Shown here: piece after piece, positions 26,644 through 37,707 of the stretch
Layout: each line of letters begins with the position of its first letter
Numbering within the stretch: the first letter of the stretch is position 1
Virus record (IMG/VR): IMGVR_UViG_3300027589_000004
Coordinates: 1-60,127 of that record
Length of the DNA: 60,127 nt
From: a virus
Lineage: Duplodnaviria > Caudoviricetes
Reading direction: 5' to 3' (one strand)
Program-made: the position numbers and the translations under genes
The notes under the pieces: model-generated
Databases searched by the model: none
Seen by the model: the letters and a program-made list of their open reading frames with translations, nothing else
What the model was told of the DNA's origin: nothing

Positions 26644-28724
26644 TACTTCACCTCCACAGTGACTAGGATAGATTCGGGGAACTCGACTTCTTGTTTAGCC
26701 GTTGTGACCTTGTATGTGATCGAAGCTCCTGAAGTCAAACCACTGTTAACAAAGGTGATGGGCGCCCGCGTTTCATCTGTATCAAAGTTGTCTAGTTCCG
26801 TCCAAACGTCTCCACTTAAAGCATATAGTTTGTAAGTCAGATACGGTCCCTCCCAGCTACATTCGAAGCTAACTTCTTCTGCAGTCAGAGTATTCACTTG
26901 TACTTTTGTTTTTGGGTAGGTCGGCAAGAATACTGGTATCACGCTTACATGAAGGCCCTTAGAGAGGAGCTCCTCAGTTTGCTCTAATGTAAGTGATCCG
27001 CCGTACTCCTTGAGTAGAGTGATTGGGTATTCAACTACCAAAGCACCAGCCTTTACTACCTTGCGGCCACGTTCATCCCACGACATAGCAGATTCAATTA
27101 GCTTCCTGTTGTGAAGATACACTTCTTCAGCCTTAATTGGCATGCCACCTTTGACAAGTAGATCGATATGCTTTACATCTCGAACTTCTTGCGTGTCTTT
27201 GAATGCCGCTTCACATAGGATCAAATATCCATAGTCGTTCTCGTTACCGTATCCATAAGTTAAAACAAAAGACTCAGGTCCGGTTGCGTACTTCATTCCA
27301 CAAACAGTGTTGGGATTAAAGCCGCCTTCGTCATCCCTAAGGGCTAAGGAACTATAAGAGATACTGTCTCTTTGAGAACAGGAAACAATCGTATCTTCTG
27401 CATCTACTACGATATGTTGGATAGCGTTCTCTTCAGCAGTGACATCTGGAATGACATAGAAGACCACTCGCTGGTTTACAAACTCTTTGTTTGTGAACGG
27501 ATTCAGATCATATGCCATGTACCTGTAGTCATCTCCAATATAGTAAGTCTGCACTTCTACATTGAAAGATGCTGGGATGTTCTCTGCAAAGTGAACAAGC
27601 CCGCTCTTGTTAGACCAAGAGCTAATGGATCCGTATTCGTACTTAACGTCTCTGGAGAATCTAGTTCCATGCAAGGATGCTTTAGTGGTAAGAATACGTT
27701 TCAGATTCCCTTCGTAGTCATACAAGAAAACATTCAAATGCCTGTTGCTTGTAGGGGAGATGGCCAGGTTCTGTTTACCAGCAAATAGAATTGTTTCGCT
27801 GATCATCATTCCAACAAGTTGGCTTGCATACATGTAGGGCCGGTAAGGAGAAAAGGATTGGCGCTCTGCTTCAGGTACTGCATATCTGCGAATAACGCCC
27901 CCGTCATTCTCTACTACTTCGCCTGTGGTAAAGCTCATAAGCCAAGGCTCTTTGTGAGTAAAGTTCTCTGGCTTTACTGGAGCAATAATGTTCTCAGAAT
28001 GTGGCTTAATCCAGTACGTACCACCGCTAGAGAAGTAGTAAGTGAAACCATCTGAGTTAGATTCTACAGTGTAAACTGCCCTATCTGTGTAGATGTCACC
28101 AGTTTCTGGATCGATATCTTCCCAAGTAGCTTCTTCTACTGCTGGAACGTTGTTAAGAATCTGAGTTACTTTTCCCCAAGTACCGTAGGCATCTACAAAG
28201 TAGGCTGTGTAACGTGTTGTTTTCTCATTGAATCTATTAATGAAGTTATTGTATAGCGCGCCAGAAGCCTCTGAGAACAAGAACTCAGAGTTTTGCTTAG
28301 CCTCTTCTTCGTTGCTTACTTTCCTAATCTCCACTCTAGTTGTGCCGGTAGGAAGCACATGCTTGAAGAAGAGCGGTACAAAGTTTCCTTTTTGGTTCTG
28401 ACCTTGGGTGCTTGTTGCTAAGATCTTCTTATGTTTAGTCGTGTACGAGACTCCAGTGAACTCAATGGCATCCGAGAATAAATCACGCCGGCGGTACTTA
28501 ACAAAAGAAGGGGCCATGTAAAACCTAGACACTACATCAATGTTTCTTTGTGGAGTAAGGTGCTCATTCTCTAAGTAAGCTACTGGAACTTCAGTGTTCT
28601 TGTAAGACTGGGTAAGCTTGAACCGCTCAACGCGCTCATGCACATGCACCCTGAAAGGAACAGAAGAGCTTACTTCATTTCCTTCAAGGGCATTGGCATT
28701 TAATCTAAGAATAAGTGATGCCAT
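26643..28724 (-). CDS. Virion structural protein with a C-terminal FN3/Ig-like domain
   Basis: C-terminal SWEG...YKLY...GLTSGASITYKVT resembles FN3. Confidence 0.55.
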   Translation of the reverse strand: MASLILRLNANALEGNEVSSSVPFRVHVHERVERFKLTQSYKNTEVPVAYLENEHLTPQRNIDVVSRFYMAPSFVKYRRRDLFSDAIEFTGVSYTTKHKKILATSTQGQNQKGNFVPLFFKHVLPTGTTRVEIRKVSNEEEAKQNSEFLFSEASGALYNNFINRFNEKTTRYTAYFVDAYGTWGKVTQILNNVPAVEEATWEDIDPETGDIYTDRAVYTVESNSDGFTYYFSSGGTYWIKPHSENIIAPVKPENFTHKEPWLMSFTTGEVVENDGGVIRRYAVPEAERQSFSPYRPYMYASQLVGMMISETILFAGKQNLAISPTSNRHLNVFLYDYEGNLKRILTTKASLHGTRFSRDVKYEYGSISSWSNKSGLVHFAENIPASFNVEVQTYYIGDDYRYMAYDLNPFTNKEFVNQRVVFYVIPDVTAEENAIQHIVVDAEDTIVSCSQRDSISYSSLALRDDEGGFNPNTVCGMKYATGPESFVLTYGYGNENDYGYLILCEAAFKDTQEVRDVKHIDLLVKGGMPIKAEEVYLHNRKLIESAMSWDERGRKVVKAGALVVEYPITLLKEYGGSLTLEQTEELLSKGLHVSVIPVFLPTYPKTKVQVNTLTAEEVSFECSWEGPYLTYKLYALSGDVWTELDNFDTDETRAPITFVNSGLTSGASITYKVTTAKQEVEFPESILVTVEVK

Positions 28725-30850
28725 TAGGACACCATATTCTGGATGCCAGCTCTAGTTTGTCCTGCCAAAATGAGAGTTACTTTTACATTTACTACTGCAA
28801 AATCGCTTACATTAGGATCATCATTGGTAGCATCTGTTTCTCTCCAGTCATCCCAAGAGAATGGGTTTCCAGTATAGTCATTTGTTGGAATTTGAATTGT
28901 GATTGTTGAACCACTAATAGAAGCGCCAATGCTGATGGGATCTTCTGAGCCTACTTCTTGCTTGATCGATCCAACTGTGTACCAGGAAGTAGCATCTCTG
29001 CTCACTAGAATAGTCATTCCTAGAATTTCATGCGCGTCAAATCCTGATGGTAGGTTCACACTGACTTGCGCATTGGCAACTTGGTGCCATTGGCTAGGGT
29101 CTCCTCCCGAGCTATTTAAGAATGTGCATTCTTTTCCTTCTTTGCTCCAATGGACGACATTGATCTTGGGCACCACCCATTCATCGAATGTGCCGAATCC
29201 GGTAGTACCGGTACCGTGAACATCTAAAACCCAAGGGAATAGAGAGGTTCCGCCAGTGTCTACCATTTGCCCGACAAACAAACCATCGAACATGCCGGTT
29301 ACTCTGTGAGCGCCAAGCCCGTAGGAGGAGGAAAATAGAAACCCACATTCCACATCTCTAGTGCCATAGCCTGAGTCCGTACCAAAAACATCTGCTTCAG
29401 TAATAGTATGTTCGCCTTCGTTAGCGCCTTTCTTATCAATAGCAGAATGCACCTGCAGTACGTCAGCGCCGTACACTTTCACCTTCTTACCGGCCTCAGC
29501 TCTGATAAGAAGGTCATCATCTCCATTGCGATTAATGGACCAATCTTCTCCGCCAAAAACGACACCATAGGTAGCACCAGATACACTGAGGTACTGACCG
29601 GCAACTCCTCCTGTTTTGCCAAACCAAATGTCTCCACGCATAGCGTTATCGTCATTTAGATAGGCGTCGCTTTGCTTGCCATCTCTGTGTAAGTACTGCG
29701 GAGCGTAGTTGCCTGACATTTCCGAAGGTACAAACTTACCACTTGCTCCTGCTCTGCGAGTCCATCCTGCAATGTATCGCGCGTCGATCATCTCTTCCCC
29801 GTACTCTCCAGTATGGGAATGACTCCTCATCTTTCTACGCAAGTCATCAATAGAAGTGGTGATGTCAGTACCAACAGTAACTACTACGAACTTATCGCCA
29901 GCAGCGACTTCGGCTTCGAGATCGACTCCTGAAATATAGAAACTGCTGTCATCGATATAAGTATAAACAGCGTCTTTATAAGTCTGTCTTGTAGTGTGGT
30001 TCTTCAAATAGAGGAAGCCCGTAGGGATCAGCTCGCCTGCTGCATAGTCCTCAGTTAGAACGGGAGGCAGTACTAGTTGGAAGCCTGTACCCGGATCAAC
30101 ACCCACAAGCTCTGTACCAGTGCTGTATTCGTTCTTGGCCATGTGAGTAAGAGTAGGCAAGCTAACAGTATGGCGTCCCTCGCTATCGGCAGACGCAGAG
30201 ACTTCGCACCCTTCCCCACCTTCGTCGATCTGGATTGGATCCGGGATTACGTTAAACGTAGCGCCAGTGTAGTTTTCTCCGGAGGCGTAAGTCCGAGGCT
30301 TGGTTGTGTAGGTGATCGTTCCACCGCTCGTCGCAGTGTTACAAATAATCTCATTGGTTTGAGATACAAATGTAAACCTATTCGGGAGCGCACCAAGGTC
30401 GTCTGGAGTGTCTACCAAAGTAACTAGAGCGCTGTCGTCGGTTTCTCCAACGTCGATGTCTTCGATATTGTTTAGTGGATACTTTAGAGTGAAGGCATAC
30501 ACGCCAACAGGCACTGCTTGAACAATTACTCTATCGCCCGTAGGGAAGTGAGGATTGAGATTAGCAGCTGGACCAATCAATCGTCCCAAGTTTGCAATAT
30601 CTAGGGATCTGCGACTGTCAGTTAGGTAGTCAGTGGTTGTTTTGGCGCGACCCCATACCATACTAAGACCAGTTTCGTGATCAGTAGAGTACGGATAGGA
30701 TTCGTCGTAGATATCGCCTACAGCCTTCTCTACGTTCTCTACAGCTCGAGCCGCTTGTCTAGCCAAAGCCGTAAGCTTCCCTGCTCTAACGGCCTCGCCA
30801 TCAGAGAATGTGGGTACTACAGCGATTCCCTTTTTAAGTTTGTCAGCCAT
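28724..30850 (-). CDS. Tail fibre-like protein
   Basis: HSHTGE and APQYLHRDG...MRGDI fibre-type motifs; Gly/Thr-rich C-terminus. Confidence 0.55.
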   Translation of the reverse strand: MADKLKKGIAVVPTFSDGEAVRAGKLTALARQAARAVENVEKAVGDIYDESYPYSTDHETGLSMVWGRAKTTTDYLTDSRRSLDIANLGRLIGPAANLNPHFPTGDRVIVQAVPVGVYAFTLKYPLNNIEDIDVGETDDSALVTLVDTPDDLGALPNRFTFVSQTNEIICNTATSGGTITYTTKPRTYASGENYTGATFNVIPDPIQIDEGGEGCEVSASADSEGRHTVSLPTLTHMAKNEYSTGTELVGVDPGTGFQLVLPPVLTEDYAAGELIPTGFLYLKNHTTRQTYKDAVYTYIDDSSFYISGVDLEAEVAAGDKFVVVTVGTDITTSIDDLRRKMRSHSHTGEYGEEMIDARYIAGWTRRAGASGKFVPSEMSGNYAPQYLHRDGKQSDAYLNDDNAMRGDIWFGKTGGVAGQYLSVSGATYGVVFGGEDWSINRNGDDDLLIRAEAGKKVKVYGADVLQVHSAIDKKGANEGEHTITEADVFGTDSGYGTRDVECGFLFSSSYGLGAHRVTGMFDGLFVGQMVDTGGTSLFPWVLDVHGTGTTGFGTFDEWVVPKINVVHWSKEGKECTFLNSSGGDPSQWHQVANAQVSVNLPSGFDAHEILGMTILVSRDATSWYTVGSIKQEVGSEDPISIGASISGSTITIQIPTNDYTGNPFSWDDWRETDATNDDPNVSDFAVVNVKVTLILAGQTRAGIQNMVS

Positions 30851-33279
30851 TAGAGAACTCCTAGAATTGGTAACTGTTCAATGCCGTTAGCATTGGGATT
30901 GATAGTGTAGAAGTTAACTCCACCGATAGAGTTGCTGTTGTTATGGGCCTCTGTATACAGTCGGAAACCATAAGGAATAGGCAGGTTCTCAGTGAACTCA
31001 ACTCCCAACAAAGCCGAAGACATCAGGATCTTAAGGCGCACAACATTTGAATAGATAGTCTGGCCGCTAAGAGGATCAATGGCTTTAGCCCTAATAGAGA
31101 CTTCTTCTGGACCATAGATAAGATATGCACCAAGGTTTACTGTATCGTCAGTAGCCGATGGCTCTGGAAGTTCTTTGCCTTCGAACACAAATCTGTTTCC
31201 CCTAATTGTGTCTGGCAAGACTGGCGAGTAAGCTCCCGAAGCTTCTGTAATTGGGTGAATGGCATCTTCGTTCCAAGCATACAAGATTCTCTTCAGACCG
31301 TCTGGGGCGTCGCCGTTCCAATCTACGTCCTCCGGGCCCAGCAACCAACAAGTTGTTCCTAACAAAGAGCCAGACTCTGGAGCTTCTGCAAATTCCATCT
31401 TGGTGTAGTGGACGTCTCCAATCTTTGTTTTGAGATTCGAAGTCACAGTGAATCTTTGCTTAACACCTTCGCTTGTCAAAACATCAACATAAGCGATACT
31501 GTCATTCCAGAAAGCGCCATCGACAATAACTGCAGAAGAGCTTTCACTTAGAGTTGTGTCTGTCTCCACATCTAGCGTTGCGGAACGAATACCTACAGTA
31601 CCGTAAATCGGATCACACTTAAGGATCTGGAACACCCAGAAAGACTCATGACGCAATGTCGGCGAGATTTCCCTTGTCCCTAGATATGTATCTGTTCCGT
31701 CGTAACTGAAGCTAGCGATTGTGTAAAGGCCGCTAGTGTCGGTAAGTGGAGCTGTAAAGAGTCCATAGATCTCACCATCAGAGTTAGATGTTCTGATGAT
31801 CTCTGTTGAGTCAGCCAGCAGACCATTGCCTTTAACGATCTCCATAGTCACATCGATGTCATCTACGGGCTTGCCTTGTTCGTCTAAACACTTTGCAATT
31901 AGCAAAGACGAGTCTGTGCCAAAGTAAACTGGCCCATAGTAGTTAGTGGCGATTTGCTTTGTCGTGCTGGTCAACTCGATGGACGACAGCGAAACCACTT
32001 CAGAACTCAGAACTAAAACCCCCGAGGAAGCCACTACGTTACTAGACTTCACATCTAGATTGCTTTCTTTATTGGTTGTTCTGTGAGAAGACGCTACATC
32101 GTATTCTAACCGAGGTACGCTCTTGTAACTCACATAGAGAGTTCCATTCTTGTACTCTCCTCTTGGGTTTTCTGCAATAGCAGTTCCTCTTGTGTGAGAT
32201 GCCGCCGTAGTCATATAGCCTCGAGTCAAGGAAGAGAAGCCTTTGGAAGTCTTCTCTTCATAAAGAATGGCTTCGTCATCAATAGCCAGAATGCCCTTAG
32301 CAGGGTAGTCTGCGTAATGCTCTTCAAAGAAGAAAGGGATGTAGTCCGCTTCGTCATCGATATCTTCTGACAAGATTAGACTCTGAGCTTGGTAACCGCC
32401 GATCTTAACTAAGCCGAGCGCCTCATCTACTTCGAAAGTGTAGTCTTCTCCAGGGATAAGATCCAAGGTATCTACTTTAGTGAACTCACTTAAGTCTGTG
32501 CCGTCAATGACTACAACACGAACGCTATCTGCTTGAATAGGAAAGTACTTGGTAGCAATTACTCTTCCACCTGAGATAGCTCCAGCTTCTTCCCAATAGG
32601 TAGATACAAGCTCAATTGTGAGCTCCTCATCTCCCGTTGTTACCCAAGGGCCTTTCCAATTACTAATGTAGGCATTCGGTTCTTCATATACGATCTCTCT
32701 ATGTCTCCTAGAAATGTATTCTGTTAAGAAGCCGCTTTCATCTGATGTGACGGTTCTAGAGCCTTCTCCGTACTCTCCAGTGAAGTCATTCACTAAGTCC
32801 CATTTGAAAAGAGTCAGTACTTCATTGGTGTCTGTTCTTACAAAAATACGTGCCCCTAGAGAAGAAGAAATAACTTCTTCAGGTAGTTCGATTTCTTGTA
32901 GAACGTCATCTACTGCATAGTCTTCTCGGGCTACAACAAGAGCAGATGTGTCACCGCGCACTTCTCTGAGATCCCAGCTAAAAGAAACCAATCCATTGGT
33001 TACTACAGGAGTATGGGTCTTTTGGAAATCGCGTGCTCCTACTTTAAGTCGTTTAAATTCTACTTTGTCTAAGTGACCGCTTGTCCATTCATCTAGGTAT
33101 GTGCCTTCCTTCAGAAGATTCTCTTGTTGATTTAGCCACAGGCCTAATGTGTCTGCCGGGTCTTCGGCTGGTAGGAAAACACGATCAAACCTAAAAGGGA
33201 AAATCTCCGCGAGGGGAGATTCTACCTGTTCGGACCTTACGTGAACGTCTACCGGAATAGTTTCAGAAACGATTGGCAT
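30850..33279 (-). CDS. Baseplate/virion protein with an Ig-like (Big_1-type) segment
   Basis: AKCLDEQGKPVDDIDVTM...TSNSDGE pattern. Likely start is ATG 33279, just after the upstream stop. Confidence 0.6.
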   Translation of the reverse strand: MPIVSETIPVDVHVRSEQVESPLAEIFPFRFDRVFLPAEDPADTLGLWLNQQENLLKEGTYLDEWTSGHLDKVEFKRLKVGARDFQKTHTPVVTNGLVSFSWDLREVRGDTSALVVAREDYAVDDVLQEIELPEEVISSSLGARIFVRTDTNEVLTLFKWDLVNDFTGEYGEGSRTVTSDESGFLTEYISRRHREIVYEEPNAYISNWKGPWVTTGDEELTIELVSTYWEEAGAISGGRVIATKYFPIQADSVRVVVIDGTDLSEFTKVDTLDLIPGEDYTFEVDEALGLVKIGGYQAQSLILSEDIDDEADYIPFFFEEHYADYPAKGILAIDDEAILYEEKTSKGFSSLTRGYMTTAASHTRGTAIAENPRGEYKNGTLYVSYKSVPRLEYDVASSHRTTNKESNLDVKSSNVVASSGVLVLSSEVVSLSSIELTSTTKQIATNYYGPVYFGTDSSLLIAKCLDEQGKPVDDIDVTMEIVKGNGLLADSTEIIRTSNSDGEIYGLFTAPLTDTSGLYTIASFSYDGTDTYLGTREISPTLRHESFWVFQILKCDPIYGTVGIRSATLDVETDTTLSESSSAVIVDGAFWNDSIAYVDVLTSEGVKQRFTVTSNLKTKIGDVHYTKMEFAEAPESGSLLGTTCWLLGPEDVDWNGDAPDGLKRILYAWNEDAIHPITEASGAYSPVLPDTIRGNRFVFEGKELPEPSATDDTVNLGAYLIYGPEEVSIRAKAIDPLSGQTIYSNVVRLKILMSSALLGVEFTENLPIPYGFRLYTEAHNNSNSIGGVNFYTINPNANGIEQLPILGVL

Positions 33280-33280
33280 T

Positions 33281-34156
33281 TCAACTCCATTGATTGCCAG
33301 CTCTTTGTAGAAGCTTTCTGTGGATCTTATTCCCTTCAGGTGCAAGAAGCCTATATCCAGTTTGCTGGCTATTTTCCAGTACGACTTCCTCTTGAAGGAA
33401 GAGCTCTGTAGTGGGATCAAACAGCTCATAAGCGCTTACGCTATCCCAGAAAATTACAAACGGAAACTCTGCATAGTCAGCTTCGATTTCTCCTAAGACT
33501 CCTTCGTATGTAGTTAGAACGCCAGCTAGTGAGTTCAGATAATACTGCCCTCTTTGCTCTACCTCTTCTGGAGTCTCCATAAGATCAGTTAGCTGACTTG
33601 TATTTCTTGCCCTTAGAGATAGAACGTTTGTTGCGCCGAGGTCCAAGTTCTCTTGTGCTTTGAAGGCCAAGATCGTTTTTGTCTTGATGTTGTTACCTAA
33701 CCTCAAGTTCTTGATCTCAAGCCATTCGCATTCGTCTTCGATTAGAGTTGCTTCAAAACTACTAGATTCATTAATCAAGTCGATTAGCTCTGTCACAAAG
33801 AGTGTTTCCCCTGGAGTTCTTGTTGGAATCTCTAACTCCACTTCTTCAGGGTAGTTGTTGTAGAACAGGATCTTCCCCGCTTTGATATCAATCGCAGGAG
33901 CAGTTGCTACCTGTACGCCTTCAGCAGTTCTCAGTGTGATTTGGATGGCGCCCTTGCTTAGACCGCCAACCAAACGACTAAGACTGCCTGTAGCATTGAC
34001 TACAGTGCCATTGGATCGCTCGATAGACTCTGCCTTGAGTCTCAGGCTGTATTGCTCAGCTGACTCGCCAGGGAGCCTTGCAAGGCCCAAGCGGACACCC
34101 TCTTTATCTAAACTCGTTTCAAGTGGAATCCTATAGGGACTATAAGTAGCCATCAA
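33281..34156 (-). CDS. Baseplate wedge protein
   Basis: LDKEGVRLGLARLPGESAEQYSLRL resembles the LD.xG...R..GE.D..YR.R wedge motif; near baseplate J. Confidence 0.6.
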   Translation of the reverse strand: MMATYSPYRIPLETSLDKEGVRLGLARLPGESAEQYSLRLKAESIERSNGTVVNATGSLSRLVGGLSKGAIQITLRTAEGVQVATAPAIDIKAGKILFYNNYPEEVELEIPTRTPGETLFVTELIDLINESSSFEATLIEDECEWLEIKNLRLGNNIKTKTILAFKAQENLDLGATNVLSLRARNTSQLTDLMETPEEVEQRGQYYLNSLAGVLTTYEGVLGEIEADYAEFPFVIFWDSVSAYELFDPTTELFLQEEVVLENSQQTGYRLLAPEGNKIHRKLLQRAGNQWS

Positions 34157-35709
34157 GACACCTCAATTTCTGTAAACGCGTCAGCAAAGTAAAGCGTATT
34201 GTTTTCCTTATCGGCTAAGTAACTTAGCTTTAGGAGCTCGCATTCTCTAGTCTCTTCTTCTAGTAGGAGAAGAAGCTTGTGTCCTCTCAGCAATACAATC
34301 CCGGTGTTTTCTGCTGAGATTTCAGAGATAGGCTCCTGTACGTCTACGAAGACACCTGTATAGGAAAGCGTAGTCATTCTGTCTACTGTGCACTGTACAT
34401 AGAACTCCCACTGTCCTGGATCTTCCATTTCGCATCCAAACCTAATGTCTTGCCAATCATCGTATTGCTTGCGATTGGCATTGAATGAGTACTCTCCAAC
34501 ATCCCATGTTTTGTCTTCTTGTAGGAACAGTACGTCTCCGCCTGGATTGATTAAGTAAACGAAAATCTTAGTAATGCCCGTAGAGGGATGGAGGAGGTGC
34601 GCGTGGAACAAGTGCTCCATCTCCCCTGTACTGAAACTTCTTTCGGGCAGAATTCCCATCAGAGAATTATAGCTGATTAGGTTTGCATGGGTTGGTGGCA
34701 CAAACTCAGGCAACCTTGGTTCAAAGATAAGAACCCAATCATTCGTGGAGGCATACACGTATCCATTCTCTGGATGGATGAACCAGTTGTTCACAATGAT
34801 GTTAGACTCAGCGCGTAGCAATCGAGTCTCGTGAAGCAACTCAAAAGCTTCTTCAGCATCTAGTTCTTCTACTTCTGCAGAGAAACTTGTTCTTACATAG
34901 TACTGAAGGAATGACTTGTCTTCTTCGACACGAACGTTTAGGTACAGAGGCGAATCTGTTTCTCTTCCATGGGCCGATAGGAAAGGATGCTCTTGTTTGA
35001 TACCTACTTCAGGGGTCAGCAACAGCTTCCAATCTAAGCTTCTTGACTCATTCCCAATGACCTTATCAACGTACTTGTAGATGTGGTGGCTTTTCTTTGC
35101 ATCATTAAAAGCAAAGCTCAGCGTTTCTGCAATCGTCACGTTGTTGATGTCTCTACCGACAATCTGGAACGTAGCCACTCCGGTAGTTTGCTTGTTGGCT
35201 CGGGGCCTACTAAAGCGTCCACCACTCACCTGTAAGGTAAGGTGATTCGGATAGACTAACGTCTCTTCGATGCTGTTGATTTCATCTTCAAAGTTATCCG
35301 GCGGTTCTTCAGACCAAATACCTTCATGCGAAAAAAGTACATTAGTTACTGGGTCATTTAACGTAATCGTACGTAACCCCCTATCGTAACCCTTCATCAA
35401 TTCAGTCACTGTAGTTACTTCGGACAGTTGTTCCGCATCTCCTGTGACTGTCTTACCCAACCAGTTGCCAGAAATCTTTACGTAAGCGTCAGCTTCATCT
35501 AAAGCAACTGAGTAGACCTCTGCTTTATGTAACCAGTTTTTAAACAGGAATTCATCTTTGTGCTCATGAATGGCGTTAGAACGCTCCACTTCTACTGGAT
35601 CCATAAGGGCCCTTAATAGGCGAGCGGAGTTGGAGGAAGGATCCCAGCCTGCTTTCTGCCAAGCAGGAAACGCCTGCATAGCTTTTCTTGCAAAGAGGCC
35701 ACTCATCAC
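34153..35709 (-). CDS. Baseplate-associated protein
   Basis: Directly downstream of baseplate J, with a coupled overlap. Confidence 0.55.
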   Translation of the reverse strand: MMSGLFARKAMQAFPAWQKAGWDPSSNSARLLRALMDPVEVERSNAIHEHKDEFLFKNWLHKAEVYSVALDEADAYVKISGNWLGKTVTGDAEQLSEVTTVTELMKGYDRGLRTITLNDPVTNVLFSHEGIWSEEPPDNFEDEINSIEETLVYPNHLTLQVSGGRFSRPRANKQTTGVATFQIVGRDINNVTIAETLSFAFNDAKKSHHIYKYVDKVIGNESRSLDWKLLLTPEVGIKQEHPFLSAHGRETDSPLYLNVRVEEDKSFLQYYVRTSFSAEVEELDAEEAFELLHETRLLRAESNIIVNNWFIHPENGYVYASTNDWVLIFEPRLPEFVPPTHANLISYNSLMGILPERSFSTGEMEHLFHAHLLHPSTGITKIFVYLINPGGDVLFLQEDKTWDVGEYSFNANRKQYDDWQDIRFGCEMEDPGQWEFYVQCTVDRMTTLSYTGVFVDVQEPISEISAENTGIVLLRGHKLLLLLEEETRECELLKLSYLADKENNTLYFADAFTEIEVS

Positions 35710-36917
35710 GCCACCTCAATGTAGTTCACTTCAATTGTGTCGATGTCAGCGAACTCATCTTCTTCTAGATAAAGTGTTTCGCTTTGAATCTCCAAGCTAT
35801 CAAAGTAAGAGATGGCGGTAGACCTAGAAGAGTAGAGAGTTTTGATTCTGCTCTTCTCTACTGTGGGCTTGGCTAGCAGGTTGCTTGCATCTCGCTTAAT
35901 GATTGCTTCCATGTCAGACCTAGAAACCTGCCCGCCTAAGCCAGCACTTTTAACCAAGTCTTTGAGATCTCTCAACAATCTTGCTTCGAACGAGGTCTTT
36001 TCTTGGGCTAGCAAGTTTTTCTTTACTTCTAAAGTGATTTCCAAATTCAATGTGTTCTTAACGGCATGCGAAGCGATTACTGATAGGCCTGGGATTCTTT
36101 GTTTGTCCAAGCGAATCTGTACCGACCTCAGAGTGTCAGCATTAGATTCATACTCTGTGCATAGGATAATCGCTGCACAAGTGCCTGGGCCATAGTAACC
36201 ACTGATGATCTTAGAAGTGATTACTCCAGGAATGTCCAAGCTGCTAAGGAGAACACTATCAGTGTTCCTAGCCATAAGAGAGCCAGAGTATCTTGATACT
36301 CTGAATCTGAGCTGCTCGTCTGTTTCTCTGTCTCGGCCGTTGAGGACCGGATAGAAGTTCGTGACGCGCAATCCTGTGAGGGGTACAGTGTGATTTCGAA
36401 GGACATGTGATCCGATGTTGAAGAGTCGTCCAACAAGAGCTGCTCTTACTGGAATGAAGGCGGCGCTTGCCGTCCGCTCGAGCTGAACGTCTTCTGTCGT
36501 GTAGAAATCCAAGGAGAGGTTTTGTTCATTTTGGTTCCTATCAGAGTGGATACGAGTCCCAGCTGTTACAGTGTAAGAGCCGCTAAACAGATCGCCAAAG
36601 GTTCCACTGGCTACATAGAAAACTACATTCATAGATTCTTTTGTAGCGAAAGCTTGTGTTCCAGCAAGCCTACCACTTCCCATAACTTCAAAGGCCAAGT
36701 CATCTAAGTCCTTGCCCGTAGCAGAGGAAAGTTGGCGCGCGTTATACAGAGTTTGCGTTACCTGAGTTACTTCACTCAAAGCATTGGCGACTGGCTCTAC
36801 AAGAGTCCTATACTTAGAGTCACCGCTAAAGTCAGTGATCCCAAGAGTTCTTGTAAATGTATTACGAAAGCTCTCGACGAAGCTTCTGCTATCTCTAACT
36901 TTAGGTGATACAGCCAT
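35706..36917 (-). CDS. Baseplate J-like wedge protein
   Basis: SATGKDLDDLA, GRLFNIG, GRDRETDEQLRFR, IPGV, GPGT. Confidence 0.9.
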   Translation of the reverse strand: MAVSPKVRDSRSFVESFRNTFTRTLGITDFSGDSKYRTLVEPVANALSEVTQVTQTLYNARQLSSATGKDLDDLAFEVMGSGRLAGTQAFATKESMNVVFYVASGTFGDLFSGSYTVTAGTRIHSDRNQNEQNLSLDFYTTEDVQLERTASAAFIPVRAALVGRLFNIGSHVLRNHTVPLTGLRVTNFYPVLNGRDRETDEQLRFRVSRYSGSLMARNTDSVLLSSLDIPGVITSKIISGYYGPGTCAAIILCTEYESNADTLRSVQIRLDKQRIPGLSVIASHAVKNTLNLEITLEVKKNLLAQEKTSFEARLLRDLKDLVKSAGLGGQVSRSDMEAIIKRDASNLLAKPTVEKSRIKTLYSSRSTAISYFDSLEIQSETLYLEEDEFADIDTIEVNYIEVA

Positions 36918-37345
36918 TAGATGCTCCTCAATGCAACACGGTTTTCTCTTGCATCGTAAGTGAAAGCGATCTGCATTCTACTGCTTAGGCGTTTGCTATT
37001 GATATCCAAAGTAACTGACATGATCCTCTTGTTGTCATTAGAGATCGTAATAGTAAACTCTCCAAGTCCAAGAAACCTGTCTTGAGTCAAGGACGCAATC
37101 AGAACTTGTCTAAGCTCGTCTTCCGTTCTTCCGTCTACGGGCTTTCCTAGCAAAGATTGAAACCTTGTCCCTTTGTTGGGGAAGTACTTCCAGTCACCAA
37201 CAGAGCTTGTGATTCTTTCTCGAACACTTTGGTACAAATGCATAGCTGCTTGATTCTTTGTGTCTAACATGACGCCATCATTAATCATGATGTCACCTTC
37301 TGTGGTCCACACTAAGTCGGCTTGTTTAGGATCTACTTTCATCAC
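36917..37345 (-). CDS. gp25-like baseplate protein (sheath initiator)
   Basis: QSVRERITSSVGDWKYFPNKGT...LLGKP; lies before baseplate J. Confidence 0.8.
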   Translation of the reverse strand: MMKVDPKQADLVWTTEGDIMINDGVMLDTKNQAAMHLYQSVRERITSSVGDWKYFPNKGTRFQSLLGKPVDGRTEDELRQVLIASLTQDRFLGLGEFTITISNDNKRIMSVTLDINSKRLSSRMQIAFTYDARENRVALRSI

Positions 37346-37707
37346 CCACCTCCAAGACTACGCGCGATATTAGCAAATCGCCCGAGCACCTTTACAAGGC
37401 CCTTAAAAGGAGGAACAATAATATGCTGTGGAATAGGAGTTACTACTGTTGATGGGATTAGCGACAAAGGGAAAGGAACGCTCTGAATCATACCAGCATA
37501 CTTCATAACAGCAGGCATTCCCTGTACGTTGATTCTTCCTCCGTTACCCGGGGAAATAGTCATCGCCCCATTCTTCATAGAGATGAACGACATGGGCGTT
37601 GCTTGAATTCGGATCTCCCCTGGTTCTCCTAACAACACAATTGAAGCAGCAAGCTGAGGATCATTGTTCCAGTAGTTCAAACGAAAGATCTTAGATGGCC
37701 TATTCAT
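37342..37707 (-). CDS. Putative central spike component
   Basis: Short beta-strand repeats (EIRIQA, SFISMK, MTISP, RINVQG); between hub and gp25. Confidence 0.45.
   Translation of the reverse strand: MNRPSKIFRLNYWNNDPQLAASIVLLGEPGEIRIQATPMSFISMKNGAMTISPGNGGRINVQGMPAVMKYAGMIQSVPFPLSLIPSTVVTPIPQHIIVPPFKGLVKVLGRFANIARSLGGG

Noticed and set aside
33280-33429. N-terminal 50 aa of the 859-aa ORF in the track
   Set aside because: It overlaps the upstream gene by about 150 nt; ATG 33279 right after the upstream stop with GGAG is the more plausible start.
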